A stretch of DNA of 24,210 nucleotides from contig JAEOTX010000124.1 of assembly GCA_016839605.1 (NCBI GenBank), positions 1 to 24,210 of the forward strand, given 5' to 3'. Below, piece by piece: positions 8,489 through 15,165 of this stretch. The notes beneath the pieces were generated by a model. It searched no databases. It was given only the letters and a program-made list of their open reading frames with translations, and was not told where the DNA came from. How positions within the stretch are numbered: position 1 is the stretch's first letter; every line of letters starts with the position of its first letter. The position numbers were made by a program, and so were the translations under genes. The stretch comes from Candidatus Thorarchaeota archaeon (GTDB lineage: Archaea > Asgardarchaeota > Thorarchaeia > Thorarchaeales > Thorarchaeaceae).

Positions 8489-8911
8489 TCACACTATCTT
8501 GGATGCTATTGCTGAAACACGCGGCCATCTCAAAGTAACCTCTCTGGCCATAGGCCCTCGAAGCTCTGAACCTTGTGGCTCACCGCCTGGCTTGATAAGG
8601 ACCGCTGCGTTGTCCTCGAATTGCATCCACGTTCCATCAGGTCTTCGGTAGGGTTTCCTCTGTCGCACAATTACTGCTGAAAGCACTTGCTTCCGGAGAT
8701 CCTGCTTGCCTTTCGTCACAGAAACGTTCACCTTGTCTCCGATACCCGCCTTTCCTAGCTTCCTGAGCTTTCCCTTATACCCAAAGACAGTGATTATCTG
8801 AAGCTCCTTTGCACCTGAGTTATCCGCGCAAAGAATCTTGGCTCCAATGGGCAAGCCACGTGCTATCCTGGGAGTGAACTTCCTGATGCCTCTCCCAACC
8901 TTTCTCGACAT
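8489..8911 (-). CDS. rpl14: 50S ribosomal protein uL14
   Basis: CADNSGAK, AVIVRQRKPYRR.DG....FEDNAAV, GP.AREV..RWP. Confidence 0.98.
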   Translation of the reverse strand: MSRKVGRGIRKFTPRIARGLPIGAKILCADNSGAKELQIITVFGYKGKLRKLGKAGIGDKVNVSVTKGKQDLRKQVLSAVIVRQRKPYRRPDGTWMQFEDNAAVLIKPGGEPQGSELRGPMAREVTLRWPRVSAIASKIV

Positions 8912-8914
8912 GGT

Positions 8915-9274
8915 CTATTCTTCCTCCCTTACTGTCTGACGAGTAGCTGACACCACTACACAAGTGACTGTCTTGCTTAGTGGTCGACATTCAACAGCCT
9001 TGACCTTATCGCCAACGCGCACATCGATACAAGGTGGAAGATGCGCGTGCTTCTTGCTTCGTCGCCTCTCATACCTGGCGTACTTCTTAATCAAACTAAG
9101 AAAGTCCTGCTGAAACGTTATTGTCTTGTGCATCTTTGTGCTTGTGACAGTGCCCTCCATGACCCGTCCACGAACAGGCAGGCTGCCGTGAAACGGACAG
9201 TGGGGATCATCACAGACCTTCTCTGGAGGCTCTACGTTGGGTATCCCTATGTTACGTACTTTTCCCTCTGACAT
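8915..9274 (-). CDS. rps17: 30S ribosomal protein uS17
   Basis: CDDPHCPFHG.L.VRGR, KKY.RYERR, AHLPPC, ECRPLSKT. Confidence 0.98.
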   Translation of the reverse strand: MSEGKVRNIGIPNVEPPEKVCDDPHCPFHGSLPVRGRVMEGTVTSTKMHKTITFQQDFLSLIKKYARYERRRSKKHAHLPPCIDVRVGDKVKAVECRPLSKTVTCVVVSATRQTVREEE

Positions 9275-9275
9275 T

Positions 9276-9560
9276 CTACCATCTCCGACTCTGACGTTTT
9301 TTGATTCTGTTTTCGGGAGTGCCCCTCAGTTTGTGCCCATCAACTCTAACGACTGTGCCATTAGGCAATGTGAAGTCAAAAACACTGGTCATCTTTGAAA
9401 CCATGATATTTCCAGTTTCTGTGGAGATGTGAATCATCTCTTTTGACTCATCAGCAATGAGACCTCGTCTGCATACATGTCCTGGATCCGAGGACATTAC
9501 CACATGTGCCTCCATTCCAATGATTTCATGTCTAGTCAGATTGCCTGGAGTAATCTTCAT
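9276..9560 (-). CDS. rnp1: Ribonuclease P protein component 1 (Rpp29/Pop4)
   Basis: ITP.N...HE.IG....V..S, G.I.DE, VRVDG..L.G.PE.RIKK; canonical position between uL29 and uS17. Confidence 0.93.
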   Translation of the reverse strand: MKITPGNLTRHEIIGMEAHVVMSSDPGHVCRRGLIADESKEMIHISTETGNIMVSKMTSVFDFTLPNGTVVRVDGHKLRGTPENRIKKRQSRRW

Positions 9561-9562
9561 GG

Positions 9563-9769
9563 TTATTCCTCACTCTCCATTTCACTCTGAATAGTCAGGA
9601 TTCGGGCAATTGCCCGTCTCACGTTTTTTATTCTATAGGGGTTATCTGTTCCTCCGCCCGTTGCCATTTGGATTCGAATCTCTGTGAGTTCATTGTAGAG
9701 TTCCTCCAACCTTTTCTTACGTTCAGGGGGAGTCAAGTTTCTGATGTCTTTTGCAGTAAGTCGAGCCAT
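9563..9769 (-). CDS. rpl29: 50S ribosomal protein uL29
   Basis: L.AKDIR.L...ER...L.EL..EL, NP.RIK.VRR.IARILT. Confidence 0.96.
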   Translation of the reverse strand: MARLTAKDIRNLTPPERKKRLEELYNELTEIRIQMATGGGTDNPYRIKNVRRAIARILTIQSEMESEE

Positions 9770-9771
9770 CT

Positions 9772-10677
9772 CTATTCACCAACCTCTTCCAAATTGTCAA
9801 GCTCCTCAAGTTCCTTCAATGACTCTTCTGTCGCTTCTGGAGTGGGTGCTTCTTCAGGCGCGGTGACTTCCTCTGGGCTCTCAGTGCTTTCCGGTTCCGG
9901 TTCAGGTTTATCCTCAGTTTTGACCGGTTCTTCCACCAGCTCCAAACCGTCCAGTTCTTCAAGTTCTCTGAGTTCCTCGATGTCAGTTATTCCCTCAAGC
10001 CCTTCTTCAACATCCACGACCTCGGTGACTTCTTCCTCATCGGGCCTCTTGTGGACTTCTGGCTCAACAGCTTTTCGTGCCTTTGGTGGCTTCACTTTGA
10101 TTACACCTGGAAGTCTGGCCTCTGGTCGCATGATTCTGACCTTAATACCAATCGTTCCCGGCTTGAGAATAGCCGTATCATCAGCTTCATCTACCCATGT
10201 ATCGGCCGGCTCCCCAGTCTTTGCAACGGTGGCTTGTTTGAATTTCTGGTATCTTGCTCTCCTGCTAGAGAGCTTGCCTTTCACAATAATCTCGCATCCC
10301 AAGGCACCTGCGCGCATTACTCTTCTGAGAATCCAGTATGCCATTCTCCTAAATCGGACGCCGCGTTCAAGCTGGCGTGCGAGTCTTGATGCCATGACTT
10401 GTGCGTTAAGCCACGGGTTCTCAATCTCGCTGACTTCAACTTGGACATTTTCGATTCCAAACTCTGTTTCCAGTATCTCAGTCAGCTCTCTGATCTTCGA
10501 ACCACGTCGACCGATGACCACTCCAGGTCGAGAAGCATGAATTACGACTTCTGTCCTCATGGGCATCTTCCTAATCTCGACACCACCATATCCCGCGGAG
10601 TTTAGTTCTCTCATCAGGAACTCGTCAACTTTCAGCCTGCGAGAGTTCTGATCGATGAAGTATTTGACTGCAGACAC
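9772..10677 (-). CDS. rps3: 30S ribosomal protein uS3 with long acidic C-terminal tail
   Basis: DEFL.REL..AGYGG, RPGVVIGRRG..IRELT (KH domain), AGALGCEI.V.GKL...RAR, KPG.IGIKVRIM; GTG start. Confidence 0.97.
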   Translation of the reverse strand: MSAVKYFIDQNSRRLKVDEFLMRELNSAGYGGVEIRKMPMRTEVVIHASRPGVVIGRRGSKIRELTEILETEFGIENVQVEVSEIENPWLNAQVMASRLARQLERGVRFRRMAYWILRRVMRAGALGCEIIVKGKLSSRRARYQKFKQATVAKTGEPADTWVDEADDTAILKPGTIGIKVRIMRPEARLPGVIKVKPPKARKAVEPEVHKRPDEEEVTEVVDVEEGLEGITDIEELRELEELDGLELVEEPVKTEDKPEPEPESTESPEEVTAPEEAPTPEATEESLKELEELDNLEEVGE

Positions 10678-11141
10678 TATACCACTTCCTCCAATACAAT
10701 CTCAATGTGAGTAGTGTTTTCGAAATACGGAGTGCTCTTTCCAAAAGCCCTCTCGATGTACTTCTTGTAGGTACGGCCTCTGTGTGCTGCAGCATGGGCT
10801 ATCCTGAGTCTGTCAATGTCTAACCCCTTCGCATCAGCATTTGCTTCAGCATTTCTTAGTACCTTCAGGATGTTCTCGGATGCTTTGACCGGATGACCGC
10901 CTGGGCTCCACTTCTTCATGCCTGAGTGGTGTCCACGTTTCTTCTTGTGGCGTCTATAAGGAATCCAGGCTTTCTCCTCAATTACGCTGTCCAATAGATC
11001 AATGGCTTTGTCTAGCATCATGCCTCTGATGGCATTACAGACTTCTCTGCTCTGCTTTGGCGAACATCTTACGTTCCTTCCACTCGCCACTGATGTCCTA
11101 TCCGGATCAATGCCTATGATCGAGTATCCATATGTTGGCAT
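10677..11141 (-). CDS. rpl22: 50S ribosomal protein uL22
   Basis: SPKQSREVC.AIRGM, IPYRRH, G.HP.KA, NAEANA..KGLD, RAFG.STP....TTHIEIVL. Confidence 0.97.
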   Translation of the reverse strand: MPTYGYSIIGIDPDRTSVASGRNVRCSPKQSREVCNAIRGMMLDKAIDLLDSVIEEKAWIPYRRHKKKRGHHSGMKKWSPGGHPVKASENILKVLRNAEANADAKGLDIDRLRIAHAAAHRGRTYKKYIERAFGKSTPYFENTTHIEIVLEEVV

Positions 11142-11169
11142 ATCGACTCACTTCCAGTGCTCTAACTAC

Positions 11170-11200
11170 TCTTAGCACACTTTGTTTTAAGCTGCTAAGA
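11170..11200 (-). promoter_or_regulatory. Putative TATA box (TTAAAA, 11185-11190) bracketed by an 8-bp inverted repeat TCTTAGCA-N15-TGCTAAGA
   Basis: Perfect 8-bp arms at 11170-11177 and 11193-11200 around an AT-rich core about 44 nt upstream of the uL22 start. Confidence 0.5.
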
Positions 11201-11246
11201 TGTTGCACGCTCAACAACCACTCCAGAACTTACCGGCACACGTCTA

Positions 11247-11323
11247 CAGGCTAACTCTGCGCGCAGAACTAGAGGCCTGCACTGAATCCATCTGTTCTGA
11301 AACAGTCGTCATAAGAGCGACTG
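11247..11323 (-). ncRNA. Candidate structured 5' leader or sRNA upstream of the r-protein operon
   Basis: Two predicted hairpins on the minus strand, one needing G-U pairs available only on that strand; TTTAAA at 11347-11352 upstream. Confidence 0.3.
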
Positions 11324-11378
11324 GCGTTCGCCGTGTGAAGTCTGCATTTAAACATTGCGAAACAAGGCTATTCTTGTA

Positions 11379-11777
11379 CTACGGGTTGTCCCCAAACTCG
11401 GCAGTAATACGCCTTAGAACTGGCGTATTTATCGAGCTCTTCACAAGATCGATTCCTTTCTCTGTCATTGTGGCCTTGATATAATGTATTCCTGCCGATC
11501 TGACATATACGAGATTCCTTGCCCTTAATTTCTGGAGGCTTGCAAGGACAATTTGTGTCAGTTCTGATTCGGTCAGGTCAATGCCTTTTCCAGGTGTTTG
11601 AAATGTTTCACACATCTTCAGAACAGTTCGCATACTGCTGAGCTGCCTTCTCTTGCTGTCATAAGGATTGGAGAAGAGCCATAGAAGAACAATGAGATCT
11701 ACAACTTCAAGATCGAGATCTGGATTGTTCTGAAGGGCTTTCTTTGCCACAATCTCTACAACTGGCATTCTCTTCAC
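11379..11777 (-). CDS. Hypothetical protein, probable winged helix-turn-helix
   Basis: SLQKLRARNLVYVRS...ATMTEKGIDLV matches the wHTH recognition-helix/wing pattern (L..L...xLV...LTxKG). Start may be ATG 11768. Confidence 0.7.
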   Translation of the reverse strand: MKRMPVVEIVAKKALQNNPDLDLEVVDLIVLLWLFSNPYDSKRRQLSSMRTVLKMCETFQTPGKGIDLTESELTQIVLASLQKLRARNLVYVRSAGIHYIKATMTEKGIDLVKSSINTPVLRRITAEFGDNP

Positions 11778-11815
11778 ACTCTAATTGAAGTCCGGACTAT
11801 TCAATGAATCGCAGT

Positions 11816-12529
11816 TCACACCAGTCCTATTATTCCCGTCTTTGGAACGTAGACTACACCCTGCGTCATCAAACGATCGAGCGAAGTCTCTACAGACTCC
11901 TGAGAAACGCCCATTTGCTTCAGGTATTCAATCACATCATCCACTCTTGCTTCTCCGCCTAGCTCTTCGATGCGAAGCACGATGTCTTTTGTCACATCTA
12001 CTATTGGAGCCTTGACTGTTTTCTCAGTTGGACTGTCGACGAGCTTCACTGTCCAAGGCCTAGGGAATATCAAAATACCACTATTTGACAACTTATTGAG
12101 CTGGTCTTCCACCCACTGCCAGTCTAGCTGATACTCTGGGCAAATTTCAGCGATTCTATCCAAAGAGCAATCGCTCTCACTAGCTTCTTTCTCAAGGAGC
12201 TTCAGAAGCCGCTGGGTTTTTCCAGATGGCAGGTCATCCTCAGATTTGTCAACCACATCCTTCGTACTGAGCTTTTCCGAAGGAAGAAGTGCTTTCACTC
12301 TATCTTTACTTGCCTCAACGACCTTATGAAACGCATCGCCACCCCTTGACGCATTATACTCCTTTACAGCGTCAGATGCTTGTTCAGGAGTGTCAAACAA
12401 TGCGCATGCCGCCTTTGTGATATCGATGATGTGCCCACAATAACTACATCGTCGTCTTTTCTGGCCCGCCGGTGCATTGGTGAAGTTCCTACACTTATGA
12501 CATCTGAATACAAGATATGGCTTCAGCAA
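11816..12529 (-). CDS. Zn-ribbon (DUF1922-like) protein with two C-terminal winged-helix repeats
   Basis: YLVFRCHKC...RRRCSYCG Zn ribbon; repeats ending LNKLSNSGILIFPRPWTVKLV and LDRLMTQGVVYVPKTGIIGLV; TTG start with GGAGG RBS (12542-12546). Confidence 0.75.
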   Translation of the reverse strand: MLKPYLVFRCHKCRNFTNAPAGQKRRRCSYCGHIIDITKAACALFDTPEQASDAVKEYNASRGGDAFHKVVEASKDRVKALLPSEKLSTKDVVDKSEDDLPSGKTQRLLKLLEKEASESDCSLDRIAEICPEYQLDWQWVEDQLNKLSNSGILIFPRPWTVKLVDSPTEKTVKAPIVDVTKDIVLRIEELGGEARVDDVIEYLKQMGVSQESVETSLDRLMTQGVVYVPKTGIIGLV

Positions 12530-12568
12530 TAGTTGTCAGCGCCTCCGCTAGACAGTCAGCTACATTCC

Positions 12569-12611
12569 TATATAATCCCGACTCTCATTGACTACATGAA
12601 TATGGTTATAT
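12569..12611. promoter_or_regulatory. Divergent TATA boxes (TTATATA on minus, 12569-12575; TTATAT on plus, 12606-12611)
   Basis: Each lies about 40 nt upstream of the respective divergent start (12529 and 12649). Confidence 0.55.
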
Positions 12612-12648
12612 CAGGCTTCAGAATGCTCGGAACTTGGAGACCCCATCT

Positions 12649-12870
12649 ATGGCTAAAAAGGCACAGAAGATAGTCATTGACAGCAAGATGTGCAAGGGTT
12701 GCCATATCTGTATCTCTGTTTGTCCACACGCAGTCCTCGAGAAAGCAAATGAGGTGGACAATCGCGGGTTCTTTCTCCCAATTGTAGCTGATTTAGAAGC
12801 ATGTAAAGTATGTAGGCTTTGCGAGATGGAGTGCCCTGACTTCGCGATAGCCGTGGTCAGCGATGAGTAA
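12649..12870 (+). CDS. 2[4Fe-4S] ferredoxin (KorD/oxidoreductase delta-subunit-like)
   Basis: CKGCHICISVCP and CKVCRLCEMECPDFAI; GGAG RBS places the start at ATG 12649. Confidence 0.92.
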   Translation: MAKKAQKIVIDSKMCKGCHICISVCPHAVLEKANEVDNRGFFLPIVADLEACKVCRLCEMECPDFAIAVVSDE

Positions 12871-12945
12871 TACAATAATACATGGACTAAAATGGATTTG
12901 ACGCCATAGATTGTGAGTCTTTTAACACAATAGTGAGGTTGGCAA

Positions 12946-13524
12946 TTGGAGAATCCTGAGATTCGCGTCCTTCTTGAGTTGAGAAGGGAGCTTGATGAAC
13001 AACTGGCTGAACTGAAAGAAAAAGCTGATCAAATTGAGTCATATATCCAAGCCCTTGACTCAGTCATTGGGGTCAGCAGTTTCGCCACTGCAGACACTGC
13101 AATTGGAGCTGCAGCGACGGCTGAAGCATTGAGTACTGGCACTGAGGATAGAGAAGCCCTCACACCAGATGAGCCACGTACTATACAAGTGATGAATAAG
13201 CCCGGCGATCTAGAACTGGCTACAATTGAGTTGGAAGCTCAGAGCCTCACAGTTACTCCAGCTTCTCATGCTATTTATGATATCAAGAGGGGCGCCTTTG
13301 CACGGTTTTTTGTTGAGAGAATTCTTGGTCAGTTTCAACAGGAAGATCGTCATCGAGTGGAGAATGGCGAGATCGAATGGGAACAGGCATTTGATTTTGA
13401 GGTGCAAGCTGACGAAGGTGTTCTTCAACAGATTGTGATTCGCAACTATGGAGAAGGCAACAGACTGAGTGAGATTCAGAACACTCTCCGGTGGGCTCTT
13501 GAGAAAATATACCGGGCTCGATGA
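12946..13524 (+). CDS. Hypothetical protein with N-terminal coiled coil and C-terminal alpha/beta domain
   Basis: Heptad-rich LLELRRELDEQLAELKEKADQIESYIQALD; TTTTAA box at about 12920 and GTGAGG RBS before the TTG start. Confidence 0.8.
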   Translation: MENPEIRVLLELRRELDEQLAELKEKADQIESYIQALDSVIGVSSFATADTAIGAAATAEALSTGTEDREALTPDEPRTIQVMNKPGDLELATIELEAQSLTVTPASHAIYDIKRGAFARFFVERILGQFQQEDRHRVENGEIEWEQAFDFEVQADEGVLQQIVIRNYGEGNRLSEIQNTLRWALEKIYRAR

Positions 13525-13627
13525 AGGCGCCAACAGACACTCACCTTGTCTTCCAGTGCAAAAGTATTAATGCTGGCCCAGATTGGAAGGACACGCCATT
13601 CACGTTCGCGAAGGAGAGCTGAGGCAA

Positions 13628-14236
13628 GTGTCCCATTTCGAGAAGAAGATGGTAGTGAGTCCACAGGTGGTTGTCAACGTGGTTCGGGACGCGCATGAGT
13701 TCTTCAGGGAGAATAAAATCGATGAGCGATACGAGAATATGGCATTAGACCTTATCAGACGATATGTATCACATGAGGGCCTACCAAGAGAGGTGGACCC
13801 TTTCTTTGCTGCTTCACTTTACGTCGTCACAAGACACCCATGGAGCCACCCAAATCCACTCACAAAAAATGAGTTCGCAAGTAAAATCAGGATCAAAGAA
13901 ACTAGTCTTGAGTGGTACACAGAGAGCATCATCGAGAAATTAGAATTCATAACTCTCCACGATCGCAACCGAAATCCGTATTTCTTTGACCCAGATGGAA
14001 CAATAGCGAGCGTCGTGGATTCAATTGTTCGTACAAGTGTCGGCGAGGAAGTTGTGAAGAGCATTGTTAAAGGTGGAGTTGTGTCTCCAAACGCACTTGC
14101 TGACAAAATAGTTGATCGTCTATGCAGTGTGGTCAAGATAGTCCCATCTGCTTTTGAACATGAACTCCATCGTCTGGTACAGCGTAAGATTGAGGAAGAG
14201 AGTGGCCGCCTTCTCGGCCAGCTCGAAGGACGGTAA
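13628..14236 (+). CDS. Hypothetical protein with a TFIIB/cyclin-fold-like repeat
   Basis: FFAASLYVVTR..(P)LTKNEFASKIRIKETSL resembles the TFB core repeat (AAxLYxxxR...PxTxxEIA...V). Start likely GTG 13628 after GGAG/GAGG; ORF is open from TTG 13583. AAAGTATTAA BRE/TATA-like element at 13561-13570. Confidence 0.7.
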   Translation: MSHFEKKMVVSPQVVVNVVRDAHEFFRENKIDERYENMALDLIRRYVSHEGLPREVDPFFAASLYVVTRHPWSHPNPLTKNEFASKIRIKETSLEWYTESIIEKLEFITLHDRNRNPYFFDPDGTIASVVDSIVRTSVGEEVVKSIVKGGVVSPNALADKIVDRLCSVVKIVPSAFEHELHRLVQRKIEEESGRLLGQLEGR

Positions 14237-14240
14237 CCCT

Positions 14241-14546
14241 TCAAGTGTTTTCAGGCTGTAATGTGACTTCTTCCACGAATCGCTTTCCAGCTACCACTTG
14301 ATCTATTGAGTGGATAACTGCGCCTGCCTGTTCAAGAATCTCCTTAATGGATTCATACTGCAGGTTATCACCTTCTAGAGTGATTGTTATGCTCTCTGTG
14401 TTTTGATCAACTTCTTTCAGAGAGATGTTCAATCCGTTGACCTGCTCGTCTCTCGAGAGCATCAACGCAAGATCAGTGAGCCTTGGTGTGTGAGGCTTCA
14501 ACACGTCCAGAACTATTCTTCTAATGCCTTGAGGCAATAAACTCAT
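14241..14546 (-). CDS. DUF211 family protein
   Basis: GIRRIVLDVLKPH.P, VNG.NI...EVD..TE...IT.EG..L.Y..I...LE..GAVIHSIDQV.AG. Start likely ATG 14546; ORF open to 14600. Confidence 0.9.
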   Translation of the reverse strand: MSLLPQGIRRIVLDVLKPHTPRLTDLALMLSRDEQVNGLNISLKEVDQNTESITITLEGDNLQYESIKEILEQAGAVIHSIDQVVAGKRFVEEVTLQPENT

Positions 14547-14785
14547 ACCCCGAAGTCGGCTCTTGAGCCGAGTTTCTTGGCTCTTTCCTTGGGCAGTCAT
14601 AGTTAAACCTTACTACCCAGCAATATCTGCTCTACTTCTGCTTCCTTGGATCAATTTCTCCCAGATGCGCGCCGATGTTTACTCATTCATGATTAACGTC
14701 CGAATGCTTATATCACCGGCAAGCCCCCATGGCTTGGGGGCCTCCGCCAGAGACCTCCCGCCGGGAATAGGTAAGGGAAGCAGAC

Positions 14786-15097
14786 TTGAAGCAGGATAAG
14801 TTGACTAAGCATACTCTGGACAAGGAAAACGACCCTTCTATACCTCCTCCCCGACGAAAGAGAAAGTCAACGCGTCACATTGAGATCAATATTACTGACT
14901 TCAAGACACATCCTCTTTGGGACATTCTCGTGGAAACTGCAAGAAAGAATCCGCGTTATGCCAACCTTGCAGGCCATACGCGAGAATTCATTCTGAGCAA
15001 GCAACCAAATATCAGTGCGAAGGAGCTTGCAGCCAAACTATCCATAACCCTTGGAGAGTCTATTGTGATTCTTGATGATGTGAAGTCAGAACCCTAG
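14786..15097 (+). CDS. Small hypothetical protein with C-terminal HTH-like motif
   Basis: PNISAKELAAKLSITLGE HTH-like helix pair; basic PPPRRKRK patch. Alternative TTG start at 14801. Confidence 0.6.
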   Translation: MKQDKLTKHTLDKENDPSIPPPRRKRKSTRHIEINITDFKTHPLWDILVETARKNPRYANLAGHTREFILSKQPNISAKELAAKLSITLGESIVILDDVKSEP

Positions 15098-15165
15098 ATT
15101 GCACATCCCGCCTACATACAAGCTCTCTTTTATGCTGACACTGGTTCTATGTCATTGATGGGTCC

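Noticed and set aside
9668-10540. 290-aa Ser-rich plus-strand ORF
   Set aside because: Antisense shadow of uS3/uL29; the Ser/Phe richness simply mirrors Glu/Lys codons.
11316-11378. Resemblance of AGCGACTGGCGTTCGCC to the 5' end of a fluoride riboswitch
   Set aside because: It has an insertion and a mismatch in the core, lacks the downstream GCURAUGAC pseudoknot segment, and has no suitable plus-strand gene downstream.
11200-11484. 94-aa plus-strand ORF upstream of uL22
   Set aside because: It overlaps the wHTH gene in antisense, has no RBS and shows no recognisable motifs.
13819-14244. 141-aa minus-strand ORF (and 15324-15761, 15768-16085)
   Set aside because: Antisense shadows of the cyclin-fold gene and hypD.
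14563-14799. 78-aa plus-strand ORF over the GC-rich hairpin region; possible tRNA
   Set aside because: There are no protein-like features, and no cloverleaf or T-loop (GTTCRA) consensus could be built.
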